Source: Candidatus Methanoperedenaceae archaeon (GTDB lineage Archaea > Halobacteriota > Methanosarcinia > Methanosarcinales > Methanoperedenaceae). From it: a DNA stretch of 64,000 nt. This document shows positions 1 through 10,018 of the stretch, one piece after another (the first letter of the stretch is position 1; every line of letters starts with the position of its first letter). The stretch is taken from NCBI GenBank assembly GCA_963753595.1, contig CAVWCX010000024.1, positions 64,001 through 128,000 of the forward strand, written 5' to 3'. The notes under the pieces were generated by a model. The model was not told the DNA's origin. It searched no databases and worked only from the letters and a program-made list of their open reading frames with translations. The position numbers were made by a program, and so were the translations under genes.

Positions 1-998
1 TGGCTTCAGTTTACACTGAACGCAGGCAGGCAGAACAGGAACTGCAAATTGCGCTCATAAAGTACAAAACGCTGTTTAACGCCTTCCCATTGGGGATTAC
101 CGTGGCTGACCAGGCGGGTAATATCCTGGAAAACAACCAGATGGCTGAAAAACTGCTTGGCCTGTCACAGGAAGAACAACACCAGCGTAAGATTGATGGA
201 AAAGAGTGGACTATCGTGAGACCGGATGGAACACCCTTAGAGGTCCAGGAATACGCCAGCGTCCGGGCACTCCGGGAAAATCGCATTGTGGAAAATATGG
301 AGATGGGCATCGTAAAAGCCCGCAACGAGATCACTTGGATAAATGTCACCGCTGCCCCTTTGCCGCTGGATGGGCACAATGTGGTGATTACCTATAACGA
401 CATTACCCGGCGCAAGCAGGCTGAAGCCGATCTGCATTTACTGAACGAGACTTTAAAGGCAGCACAGAACATGGCAAAAGTTGGATACTGGACATTTGAT
501 ATTAAGACCAGAATGCCAATATGGTCTGAACAAATGTTCGTGGTTTTTGGATTGGACCCAAGAAATGGCGTGCCGCACTATGACGAGCACAGGAAGATCT
601 GGCATCCCGATGACTGGGAACTGTTCAATAATTCAGTGCAAGAATGCGAAAAAGGCAAATCCTACAATATCGTAGTTCGCGTCATCTTCCCCGATAAATC
701 TACACATTATATCAATACCCAGGGATTCCCCCGTTATAATGAGAAAGGCGAGATATACGAATTATTCGGAACTTCACAGGACATCACAGAGCACAAGATT
801 GCGGAAGAAGAACTGCTAAAACACCGCGAACATCTCGAGGAACTTGTCAAAGAGCGCACCGCGCAAGTGAATCAGAAGAATGAAGAGCTTGAAAAGTTCA
901 ACAAGTTCTTTGTAGGGCGTGAACTCAAGATGATAGAACTTAAAAAGAAGATAGCAGAGCTTGAGAAAAAGATCGCGTCACCTGTAAAGGAGGAATAA
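1..998 (+). CDS. PAS/PAC sensor protein, 5'-truncated by window; no kinase domain, ends in coiled coil
   Basis: Frame of ORF 90..998 is open back to base 3 (ASVYTERRQAEQELQ...). Two PAS/PAC units ending DITRRKQAE and DITEHKIAE; C-terminus ELEKFNKFFVGRELKMIELKKKIAELE. Confidence 0.85.
   Translation, partial: ASVYTERRQAEQELQIALIKYKTLFNAFPLGITVADQAGNILENNQMAEKLLGLSQEEQHQRKIDGKEWTIVRPDGTPLEVQEYASVRALRENRIVENMEMGIVKARNEITWINVTAAPLPLDGHNVVITYNDITRRKQAEADLHLLNETLKAAQNMAKVGYWTFDIKTRMPIWSEQMFVVFGLDPRNGVPHYDEHRKIWHPDDWELFNNSVQECEKGKSYNIVVRVIFPDKSTHYINTQGFPRYNEKGEIYELFGTSQDITEHKIAEEELLKHREHLEELVKERTAQVNQKNEELEKFNKFFVGRELKMIELKKKIAELEKKIASPVKEE
823..973 (+). repeat. ~150-bp direct repeat copy 1 (copy 2 at 2663-2813), encoding a shared C-terminal coiled coil
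   Basis: ACCGCGAACATCTCGAGGAACT...GAACTCAAGATGATAGAACTTAAAAAGAAGATAGCAGAGCTTGAGAAA is near-identical 1840 bp downstream. Confidence 0.9.
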
Positions 999-999
999 C

Positions 1000-2871
1000 A
1001 TGGATAATTTGACTGAATCAAAGAAGGTTATGGTAAAGCATCCACTTCGTATGGCTTTGACTGCCCCCTTCGTGATGATCATTATTGCGACTGTCGGGCT
1101 CACAGGTTATATCGCTTTTATAAATGGACAGGCAGCCGTAAACAATATAGTGGAACAACTTTTCTCCGAAATAGAGATTCGCGTGGAACAACACATGGAC
1201 AGTTACCTGGGCACCGCCTTTATGATCAACCAGTTAAACCTGAATTCAGTATTATCAGGACGGTCAAACAGCAGTGAACTGGAAGATTTGGCTCAAAATT
1301 ACTGGGAAAGGGGGCTATTGTTCCCGGGTTTCGGAACAATGGGTTTTGGAAATGACAAAGGTGAAATCGCCGGGTCTAACGATGTGAACAAAATAATGGT
1401 GATAGCCAATCAATCGCCAACAGGTATAGTCCTTCACCGCTATGCTGTTGGAGATGATGGGAAACGAACTGATAAAATAGTGAGCGAGACGCGAAATTAT
1501 GATGCCCGCACCAGGAGCTGGTATCAAACCGGTGTTAAGGCAAAACAGCCGGCATGGACTGAAATCAACGCTGCTCTGGCAGGACCATGGCTTGCCCTTT
1601 CGGCTGTGACGCCATATTATGGAAAGGATAATGGTCTTATTGGTGTATTTTATACCGATGTTCCACTTTTGCAAATAAACCAGTATCTACAAAATATAAC
1701 CATTAGCCCTCATGGACAGATGTTCATCATGGAGAACAATGGCTTAATTGTAGCATCGTCCACTCCCGAGCAGCCTTACCTCATCACAGGTGACCAGATA
1801 GAAAGGCTTAATGCATCTTCCAGTTCCCAGCCGCTGATCGCTTCTGCTGCGCGGTATCTCACGGGGCAGTTCGATGTGGGCAAAATACCCAACCATTACA
1901 AATCCTCTTTTGACTTCCAGGGAGAGAGACATTTTGTGCATGTCAATTCCTACAATGACGCGCGGGGGTTGGATTGGAAGATCGTAATGGTTGTTCCTGA
2001 GTCGGACTTTATGGCACAAATCACTCAAAACAATCGCAACACCCTTGTGTTCATCATTATATCAGCGCTTTTTTCAGTAATCGTATCGGCTCTCCTGGCT
2101 CGCCGTATCACTCGTCCGATAACAAATCTATCCCGATCCGCAAAAGCACTGGCCAATGGTGATTATGATCAAAAGCTGGAGATAAAAAGTGAGGATGAAT
2201 TAGGGGAATTGACTGGTGCCTTCAATGTCATGGCTGTAAAACTCAAGGAAAATACGGTCTCGCTGCAAGAAAGCGAAGAGCGCTTCCGTGCACTGGTTGA
2301 GCAGGCACCCGAAGCAATACTTGTTCTTGATTGTGATAATTTCATGTTCGTGGATGCCAATAAGAAAGCTGAGGAGCTGTTCGGATGCAGGCGCGAAGAA
2401 CTCCTCAAATCCGGGCCACAACAGTTCTATACCTCAAACCAGTTTGATGAGAAGCCAGTTTCCCAGACGATGCAGGAAAAAACACAACGGGCGCTTGCAG
2501 GAGAAACGGTGAGTTATGAGCGGCTAGTCAAAAGCACCGATGGCAAAGAACATTTATGCCAGGTGTGGCTGACGAGATTACCTTCTGCAGATCGAAAATT
2601 TGTCCGTATCAGTTATATTGATATTACCGAAAGCAAGCGGGCGGAAGAAGAAGTGCGAAAATACCGCGAACATCTCGAGGAACTGGTCAAAGAGCGCACT
2701 GCACAAGTGCATCAGAAGAATGAAGAGCTTGAAAAGTTTAACAAGTTCTTTGTGGGGCGTGAACTCAAGATGATAGAACTTAAAAAGAAGATAGCAGAGC
2801 TTGAGAAAGAGATAGGGGACCTGAAGAAATCTGTGGAAAATGATGTAAAGGAAGTGGGACACAATGATTGA
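1000..2871 (+). CDS. Membrane sensor: TM-Cache-TM-HAMP-PAS, kinase-less, coiled-coil tail
   Basis: Two TM helices; dCache motifs YDARTRSWY and DWKIVMVVPESDF; HAMP (RITRPI...DELGELTGAFNVM); PAS; same tail as the upstream gene. Confidence 0.85.
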   Translation: MDNLTESKKVMVKHPLRMALTAPFVMIIIATVGLTGYIAFINGQAAVNNIVEQLFSEIEIRVEQHMDSYLGTAFMINQLNLNSVLSGRSNSSELEDLAQNYWERGLLFPGFGTMGFGNDKGEIAGSNDVNKIMVIANQSPTGIVLHRYAVGDDGKRTDKIVSETRNYDARTRSWYQTGVKAKQPAWTEINAALAGPWLALSAVTPYYGKDNGLIGVFYTDVPLLQINQYLQNITISPHGQMFIMENNGLIVASSTPEQPYLITGDQIERLNASSSSQPLIASAARYLTGQFDVGKIPNHYKSSFDFQGERHFVHVNSYNDARGLDWKIVMVVPESDFMAQITQNNRNTLVFIIISALFSVIVSALLARRITRPITNLSRSAKALANGDYDQKLEIKSEDELGELTGAFNVMAVKLKENTVSLQESEERFRALVEQAPEAILVLDCDNFMFVDANKKAEELFGCRREELLKSGPQQFYTSNQFDEKPVSQTMQEKTQRALAGETVSYERLVKSTDGKEHLCQVWLTRLPSADRKFVRISYIDITESKRAEEEVRKYREHLEELVKERTAQVHQKNEELEKFNKFFVGRELKMIELKKKIAELEKEIGDLKKSVENDVKEVGHND

Positions 2872-5728
2872 TCTGGAAAACGCAAGGAACGAACTTGTAA
2901 ATGCACTTGAACGGGTCAATGTGCACGATCATCTTTGTTTGATCTACGAATCACTTGAGGAACAGTTGGCAGCAGTCATACCTTTTTTCAAAAAAGGTTT
3001 AAAGGGCAATGAACAATGTGTATATATCGTTGATGACAACACTGCGCAGGCTGTTTTAGATGCAATGCGCGCCGAAGGCATTGAGGTTGGTTCTGCGATC
3101 GGATCCGGCGCATTGAAAGTTATTACAAAACGTGATTCATATCTAAAAGAGGGATATTTCGATCCCGATTCAATGATCCAATTTCTCAAAGAGGCTGTAG
3201 ATTCTGCAAAAAAAGCAGGTTTTCGTGCGCTTCGGGTTACAGGCGAAATGACTCAGGCGCTTGGTAACGATCCTGGCGATGAACGATTGATCGAATATGA
3301 GGCGAAACTGAATTATTTTGTTCATGAAAATGATGTCCTGATAATATGCCAGTACAACCGCAAACGTTTTTCTCCTGAGGTCATCATCAATGTGATCCGC
3401 ACTCATCCGTATGTAATTTATGGTTCTTTAGTGTGTGAAAACTTTTATTATGTCCCCCCTGATGAGTTCCTCGGGCCTAAAAACAGGCAAATTTCCATGG
3501 AAGTTGAGAGGCTGCTGAAAAATATCCAGGATTATGAACGTGCTGAGAAAAAGTTGCGGGAGGTTTCTTCATACACTCGAAGCCTCATCGAAGCAAGCCT
3601 TGATCCGCTCGTTACTATCAGCCTTGATGGCAAGATCACAGATGTGAATAAAGCCACTGAATTAGTGACAGGTGTATCCCGGGAGGAACTTATCGGCAAG
3701 GATTTCTCGGATTATTTCACAACGCCTGAAAAAGCAAGAAAAGGTTATCAGGAAGTATTCGAAAAAGGATTAGTCAGGGATTATCCGCTTGCTATTCGGC
3801 ATATCTCAGGAGGCTTAACTGATGTCCTGTACAATGCATCGGTGTATAGAGATGCTGCAGGTAATATTGCCGGTGTATTTGCAGCAGCAAGAGATATCAC
3901 CGAGCGAAAGAATGCACAAGAAGCACGCTTGCGGCTTGCCTCCATCGTAGAGTTTTCTGAAGATGGTATAATTGGCAAGACAATAGACGGTCTAATCGTG
4001 AGCTGGAATCCTGGTGCGGAGAAATTATACGGTTATAGTGAAAAAGAGGTTATCGGCAAACCGATCTCAATTCTCATTCCACCAGGTCATTTTGATGAAA
4101 TGCCGGCAATTCTTGAAAGAATAAAGTGCACAGAAACAATAGAACATTATGAAGCCGTCAGGATCAGGAAAGATGGAAAAAAGATCGATGTATCTTTAAC
4201 CATATCCCCGATCAAGGATGAAGAAGGCAGGATAGTAGGCGCCTCGACTATTGCCCGTGACATTACAGAAAAAAAGAAAATAGAGAAAAAGTTAAGAAAT
4301 GCATCATTATATGTCCGCAATCTGATCGAAGCGAGTCTTGATCCGCTTGTCACTATCAGCCCTGATGGCAAGATCACGGACGTGAATAAAGGAACAGAAT
4401 TAGTGACAGGTATATCTCGCGAGAAACTTATTGGTAAGGATTTCTCAGATTATTTCACGGAAAAGGACAAAGCAAGAAAAGGTTATCAGGAAGTATTCGA
4501 AAAAGGATTTGTCAGGGATTATCCGCTTGCTATCAGGCATAAATCCGGGAAAATCACAGACGTTCTCTATAATGCTTCCGTTTATAAGAACGAGGCTGGG
4601 GAGGTGGAGGGAGTTTTTGCAGCTGCAAGGGATATCACACAGAGAAAGCTGGCAGAAGAGCAGCTTCGAATAACTTCTCTCTATGCGCGGAATCTTATCG
4701 AAGCAAGTCTTGATCCTCTTGTGACAATCAGTCTTCAGGGTAAGATCATGGATGTTAATAATGCCACTGAACTTGTAACTGGTGTTCCTCGTGAAGAACT
4801 GATAGATAGCGATTTCACAAATTATTTCACTGAACCGGAAAAAGCAGGAAAAGGTTATCAGGAAGTGTTTGAAAAAGGATTTGTCAGGGATTATCCGCTT
4901 GCTATCAGGCATAAATCCGGGAAAATCACAGACGTTCTCTATAATGCTGCCGTGTATAAGAACGAGGCTGGAGAAGTGCAGGGAGTTTTTGCGGCTGCAA
5001 GAGACATAACAGAGCGCAAGAATGCTGAAAATGAACTGCGAAGGATTCGTGACGAATTAGAAATAAGGGTCAGGGAGAGAACTTCAGAACTCATGAAATC
5101 TCTCGCTGAAAAGGAGCTTCTGATAAAAGAAGTTCACCATCGCGTAAAAAACAACCTCCAGATCGTATCCAGTATGTTTGAGCTCCAATCAACATATATG
5201 AAGGATAAAAAGGCCATAATGGCATTCATGGAAGGCCGGAACCGGGTAGCTACAATGGCGCTTATACATGAAAAACTCTATAACTCAGGAGATCTTTCAA
5301 GGATCAGATTTGCCGAGTACATTGAAGAGCTGACATCAAATATTTTCTTTTCATATGGGGTCAATACAGAAAAAATAAAACTGAATATAAATGTCGGGGA
5401 TGTTTTTTTTGATATTAATACAGCGATACCCTGCGGGCTGATAATCAATGAACTTGTTTCTAATTCAATTAAACATGCTTTTACAGACAGGAATAATGGT
5501 GAAATAAACATTGAACTTCATCCTGAAAATAATGACAAATATCTTTTGAAGATCAATGATAATGGCAGGGGATTTCCTCCAGATCTGGATTTTCAAAAAT
5601 CAGATACTCTTGGACTGAAACTCGTAATCACCCTGACAAATCAACTTAACGGGACAATAGAGCTTGACAGGACCGCAGGCACAAAATTTACAATTATGTT
5701 TTCAGAATTAAAATATAAAGAGAGATGA
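2864..5728 (+). CDS. MEDS-PAS(x4) sensor histidine kinase (HisKA_2 type)
   Basis: MEDS (HDHLCLIYE, RVTGEM, CQYNR); repeated PAS units LIEASLDPLVTIS; H-box KEVHHRVKNNLQ; NELVSNSIKHAF; DNGRG; LGLKLV. Confidence 0.95.
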   Translation: MIDLENARNELVNALERVNVHDHLCLIYESLEEQLAAVIPFFKKGLKGNEQCVYIVDDNTAQAVLDAMRAEGIEVGSAIGSGALKVITKRDSYLKEGYFDPDSMIQFLKEAVDSAKKAGFRALRVTGEMTQALGNDPGDERLIEYEAKLNYFVHENDVLIICQYNRKRFSPEVIINVIRTHPYVIYGSLVCENFYYVPPDEFLGPKNRQISMEVERLLKNIQDYERAEKKLREVSSYTRSLIEASLDPLVTISLDGKITDVNKATELVTGVSREELIGKDFSDYFTTPEKARKGYQEVFEKGLVRDYPLAIRHISGGLTDVLYNASVYRDAAGNIAGVFAAARDITERKNAQEARLRLASIVEFSEDGIIGKTIDGLIVSWNPGAEKLYGYSEKEVIGKPISILIPPGHFDEMPAILERIKCTETIEHYEAVRIRKDGKKIDVSLTISPIKDEEGRIVGASTIARDITEKKKIEKKLRNASLYVRNLIEASLDPLVTISPDGKITDVNKGTELVTGISREKLIGKDFSDYFTEKDKARKGYQEVFEKGFVRDYPLAIRHKSGKITDVLYNASVYKNEAGEVEGVFAAARDITQRKLAEEQLRITSLYARNLIEASLDPLVTISLQGKIMDVNNATELVTGVPREELIDSDFTNYFTEPEKAGKGYQEVFEKGFVRDYPLAIRHKSGKITDVLYNAAVYKNEAGEVQGVFAAARDITERKNAENELRRIRDELEIRVRERTSELMKSLAEKELLIKEVHHRVKNNLQIVSSMFELQSTYMKDKKAIMAFMEGRNRVATMALIHEKLYNSGDLSRIRFAEYIEELTSNIFFSYGVNTEKIKLNINVGDVFFDINTAIPCGLIINELVSNSIKHAFTDRNNGEINIELHPENNDKYLLKINDNGRGFPPDLDFQKSDTLGLKLVITLTNQLNGTIELDRTAGTKFTIMFSELKYKER
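3570..5020 (+). repeat. Three near-identical intragenic PAS repeats
   Basis: LIEASLDPLVTIS...FAAARDIT occurs three times with high nucleotide identity (e.g. GGTTATCAGGAAGT.TT.GAAAAAGGA). Confidence 0.85.
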
Positions 5729-5732
5729 TAAG

Positions 5733-6506
5733 ATGGTAAATGAAAAGATCCTGATCGTTGAAGACGAAGGCATTGTTGCCATGCATATACAGAACAGCCT
5801 GAAAAACCTGGGCTATAACGTTGTTGGTATAGCTTCTTCAGGTGAAGAAGCCATTGAAATGGCAAAAAAAAATCGCCCGGATATGGTGCTTATGGACATC
5901 GTATTAAAAGGGATGATAGACGGCATAGAAGCTGCAGACAACATCCGTAACAATTTTAATATCCCGACGGTCTTTCTTACAGCCTATGGTGATGAAAGCA
6001 CATTGAACAGGGCTAAAATAACCGAACCTTTTGGGTATTTGCTTAAACCATTTAAAGAACGGGACTTGCATATTGCCATTGAAATCGCTATATACAAGCA
6101 TAGAATTGAGTCCAGGTTAAAAGCAATAGACCGGTTCCTTTCCACTATACTGAAAAGCATAGGCGACGCAATTATTACCACTGATAAAAAGGGATTAATT
6201 ACGTTTTCTAATTCTGCTGCCGGAGGAATGACAGGATGGGATATGGAAGAAGCAGTAAATAAAAATATTACTGATATATTTAATATTGTCAATGAACGAA
6301 CACATGTTCCATTTGAAAATCTTGCGGACAGGATAATTCGTGATGGAGTTGATCTTGACCTTCCGCCAGATACAATACTAATTTCAAGGGATGGGAAAGA
6401 ACTACCTATTGAGGGAAGAGGAGCCCCCATGATGGATGAAAAAGGCGAAATTGAAGGTATGATATTTAGTTTCAGGGATATCACCGGTCGAGGGAAGATA
6501 AAATAG
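5733..6506 (+). CDS. Response regulator (REC-PAS)
   Basis: KILIVEDE, DMVLMDI, FLTAY, YLLKPF, followed by a PAS domain. Confidence 0.93.
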   Translation: MVNEKILIVEDEGIVAMHIQNSLKNLGYNVVGIASSGEEAIEMAKKNRPDMVLMDIVLKGMIDGIEAADNIRNNFNIPTVFLTAYGDESTLNRAKITEPFGYLLKPFKERDLHIAIEIAIYKHRIESRLKAIDRFLSTILKSIGDAIITTDKKGLITFSNSAAGGMTGWDMEEAVNKNITDIFNIVNERTHVPFENLADRIIRDGVDLDLPPDTILISRDGKELPIEGRGAPMMDEKGEIEGMIFSFRDITGRGKIK

Positions 6507-7169
6507 GAGCTAAATAAACACCGCTGATTTCTTGAAGAGATTTTTTTTCATCCTGACACTAATATTTATAGTCAAAAACCTAATTTATTTTACATATATC
6601 GTTATCATCTTGCGTCCTTTGAAGTGAATGATTTTTGTTCCCTTAAAGTTAGTTTTAATTGTTTGGTTTTTAACTATAATTCAACGGTCTCGCTTTTTAT
6701 GCTCCTCAATTTGTATTCTTGTCATTATAATTATCATTTTTTGTACCAAATATGTATATCAATAATTATGATTATACTAATCATTGACAAAAAGCGTCCG
6801 AGAAAAATGAGAATAAAATCCAGAGAAGATCATGACACAAAACCACACCGAAATGATAAATGAAAAGACTGAAAAAATAAATGAGGAGCAGGAACATAAT
6901 AAGGATAGAACAGGAAGATTTTTGCCCATCTTTTTCTGGACAGATTGAACACAATAAACGAAGGAAATTTATATGAATGAAAATGAAAAACAAAAAACTG
7001 ACAAACAAGATACGGATTCGAGGATCGCCCCGAAATCACTTGATACAGGTTCAAATGGACAGTTCCAGCAATACATGACTTTTTTTGGAATATACCATAT
7101 TCCGAAATAATTTTAAACTCCACTGCGGTCAATCAGATAGATATAATAACTATCTGAAAAATAGATGAG

Positions 7170-9818
7170 ATGACTGACATGGAGTTCAAAGAACACAGTT
7201 CAGCAAAAAATTTCATTGTATCCTCTATTTTCTGGCTCATACTGTTTACTACATTTGGTTTTATTGTTGCAATAAAATTTTTCGCCCCCGAATTCCTCGG
7301 GCAGATTTCAGTTCTCACCTTCGGCCGCATGCGCCCCATGCATGTGAACGGTGTGACGTTCGGATTCCTCTCAACCGGGCTTATAGGAATCGCTTATTAT
7401 ATCATCCCGAAGCTGTCAGGAACGAAATTGTACAGTGAAAAACTGGGGAATCTTACTGTTTTCCTGTGGAATATTGCCGTCACCTGTGGGACTGTACTCC
7501 TGGCGCTTGGATACACGCAGGCAAGGGAATATGCAGAATATATCTGGATAATCGATGTAGCAATAATCATCACGCTCTTATTGATCGGATATAATATTTT
7601 CAAGACTATCCAGAAAAGGACAGAAAGAAAATTGTACGCATCCACCTGGTATGTCATGGGAACATTCCTTTCGTTCCCCATCGTTTACTTCATCGGTAAT
7701 GTAATGTGGCATCCTGATACAGGTTCCCTGCAGGGAGCCGTGGATGGTGTTTTTAACTGGTTCTATGGGCATAATGTCCTGGGATTATGGTTTACAACAC
7801 TTGGAATTGCAGGATGGTACTATTTTATTCCAGTCATAACAAAACGTCCTCTTTACAGCCACCTGCTTTCAATGATCGGCTTTTTTTCAATAGTATTTGT
7901 CTATACAGGTGTTGGAGGACATCATCTTCTCCAGGCGCCCATTCCTGAATGGCTAAAGACCATAGCTATCGTGAATAGCGGCCTGATGATGGTGCCAGTA
8001 CTTGCTTTTATCACGAATATTCTTCTTACCATGCGCGGGAGATGGGATTGTTTTATCGAAAGTATTCCACTGCGTTTTATGCTTATTGGTGTGTTTTTGT
8101 ATTTTCTTGCCTCTTTGCAGGGTACTTTCCAGGCATTTCGCGAAACTAACATGTACCTGCACTTTAGCCAGTGGACTGTAGGACATGCCCATATTGCTCT
8201 CCTTGGGGGTTTTGGGTTCCTGGTTTTTGGCGCTGTATATTTCCTTATCCCCAGGGTCACAGGTAAGGAGATCTATTCAAACAGGCTCATGAGCTATCAT
8301 TTCTGGTTCACCTTTCTTGGTTTCATATCATTTTTCTCTATAATGACCATTATGGGCCTTATCCAGAACTCAGGCTGGTTCCAAAACATCTCTGTTGCAA
8401 CCGTATTGCTACAATTGAAGCCTTATTTCATAGCAAGAGCGCTTGCAGGCGGAGCAATAGTTGCAGGCCAGTATATATTTTTCTATAATATAATTATGAC
8501 TCTCAGGTCACCGGCCAGAGCAATTCCAGAGCCGTCCTTGGCAACGCCCAGGCCGGAAAGAAAATCACAAAAGGTTCAAAAATACAGGGAAAGCGCACCA
8601 CTTTTTGCGATCGGGGCGCTTGGGCTGTTCCTGACCATGTTTTTCATAGTTGTCATTCTTCCGTATCTTCTTATGAATTATCCCCCCTCAGAAATCTCTC
8701 ATCCTTATTCCGGCGACCAGGCACGAGGGCGTGAAATCTACAAAAGCAATGGCTGCCTGTATTGCCATTCCCAGTTCGTCCGCCAGCAGGACTCGGGCAT
8801 GGGAAGGACATCCCTGCCCGGGGATTATTTCTACGACCGCCCTCATCTTCTTGGAACAGAAAGAACCGGGCCTGACCTTGCCCAGATTGGCGGGCAAAGA
8901 CCCCCTTTATGGGATGTCATGCATCACAGGAACCCGCGCTCGGTAAGCCCCGGTTCCATAATGCCTAATTTCTCCTACCTCTCGGATCAGGACTTGCAGG
9001 ATCTTAAAGCCTATATAGACGGGCTCGGGAACCTTAACCTTGAAACACAGGATTTCCAGCCCCTTGTTCCTCAACTATATTCAGGGCGCCAGAACATCTA
9101 TAACGAAACGATCGCAAACGCTAATTCCAGCAACGAATCCATGACTGAATATGCCGGACTGGTAGCGGAAGGGAAAATCCTTTTTTCGCAGCGCTGCCTG
9201 CCATGCCATGGAGCATCCGGCAACGGGCAAGGCCCTTATGCGCGCCATGTTAACCAGCATCCTGCCAATCTTAATGACAGGATATCAAATTTCCCCGGGG
9301 TTGATTATAATTTCTGGCGTGTAATGGAAGGTGTCCCGGGAACAGCAATGCCGCCCTGGAAAATCTCGCTGACCGAAGACGCAATATGGAAGATAATCTC
9401 TTATGAAAAAACTTTCGTTGACGGGGTCGTAAGAGTCATTCCAGGAGATTATTCAGATAGTGAAGCAGAAGATTTCGGGAATCGGGGGATCAGATCACCT
9501 GTTGTCCAGAACGATACGAATTATACCGAAGGGATGAAACTGTTCAATCTCTACTGCGCGCAGTGCCACGGCATTGATGGGCAGGGTGATGGCCCGGCTT
9601 CTGTGTATATTAATCCCGAACCTGCAAACTTTACAGAGACAAATAATGATTTCAAGACGCAGGGACAGTGGTTCTGGAAAATAAGTGAAGGTGTGGAGAC
9701 TACAAACATGCCGCCCTGGAAATATGTACTGACCGAAGAAGACAGATGGAAAGTTATATATTATATACAGAAGAATTTTTCCGAACCAGGCATTTTTGAA
9801 GAGAAATGGAGGTCCTAA
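7170..9818 (+). CDS. ccoNO: cbb3-type (C-family) heme-copper oxidase fusion: CcoN + CcoO + two further c-type cytochrome domains
   Basis: CcoN ligands RMRPMHVN, WFYGHNVLG, YTGVGGHH, WTVGHAH, plus REYAEY. CcoO motifs GCLYCHSQFVR, GTERTGPDLA, NPRSVSPGSIMP. Extra hemes CLPCH...AMPPW and CAQCH...NMPPW. Confidence 0.9.
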   Translation: MTDMEFKEHSSAKNFIVSSIFWLILFTTFGFIVAIKFFAPEFLGQISVLTFGRMRPMHVNGVTFGFLSTGLIGIAYYIIPKLSGTKLYSEKLGNLTVFLWNIAVTCGTVLLALGYTQAREYAEYIWIIDVAIIITLLLIGYNIFKTIQKRTERKLYASTWYVMGTFLSFPIVYFIGNVMWHPDTGSLQGAVDGVFNWFYGHNVLGLWFTTLGIAGWYYFIPVITKRPLYSHLLSMIGFFSIVFVYTGVGGHHLLQAPIPEWLKTIAIVNSGLMMVPVLAFITNILLTMRGRWDCFIESIPLRFMLIGVFLYFLASLQGTFQAFRETNMYLHFSQWTVGHAHIALLGGFGFLVFGAVYFLIPRVTGKEIYSNRLMSYHFWFTFLGFISFFSIMTIMGLIQNSGWFQNISVATVLLQLKPYFIARALAGGAIVAGQYIFFYNIIMTLRSPARAIPEPSLATPRPERKSQKVQKYRESAPLFAIGALGLFLTMFFIVVILPYLLMNYPPSEISHPYSGDQARGREIYKSNGCLYCHSQFVRQQDSGMGRTSLPGDYFYDRPHLLGTERTGPDLAQIGGQRPPLWDVMHHRNPRSVSPGSIMPNFSYLSDQDLQDLKAYIDGLGNLNLETQDFQPLVPQLYSGRQNIYNETIANANSSNESMTEYAGLVAEGKILFSQRCLPCHGASGNGQGPYARHVNQHPANLNDRISNFPGVDYNFWRVMEGVPGTAMPPWKISLTEDAIWKIISYEKTFVDGVVRVIPGDYSDSEAEDFGNRGIRSPVVQNDTNYTEGMKLFNLYCAQCHGIDGQGDGPASVYINPEPANFTETNNDFKTQGQWFWKISEGVETTNMPPWKYVLTEEDRWKVIYYIQKNFSEPGIFEEKWRS

Positions 9819-9820
9819 AA

Positions 9821-10018
9821 ATGCTTCCCGACCATGCTATGACAGACGCTGTGATGTCCATTGACCCTGCCGACTATACGATAATCCTGATTGCCAGTAT
9901 CATAATTCTCCTGGTATTTCCGGCTCTTCTTTATTGGGGCTGGAAAAAAGGCCAGTTCAAGGATATTGAAGATGCAAAATACAGGATGATAGAAATGGAG
10001 ACCGAAAATGCCCATTGA
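9821..10018 (+). CDS. ccoS: cbb3 oxidase maturation protein CcoS/FixS
   Basis: TM helix followed by WGWKKGQFKDIEDAKYRM, matching the CcoS pattern W...GQFDD.E....RIL; directly follows the oxidase gene. Confidence 0.8.
   Translation: MLPDHAMTDAVMSIDPADYTIILIASIIILLVFPALLYWGWKKGQFKDIEDAKYRMIEMETENAH

Noticed and set aside
6624-7132. Short ORFs between the regulator and the oxidase
   Set aside because: AT-rich, low-complexity, mutually overlapping and with no motif.
7170-8500. Nitric oxide reductase (cNOR/qNOR) call
   Set aside because: Lacks the HxxxE Glu, has the C-family Tyr and CcoO/CcoS context; NO activity is not excluded experimentally.
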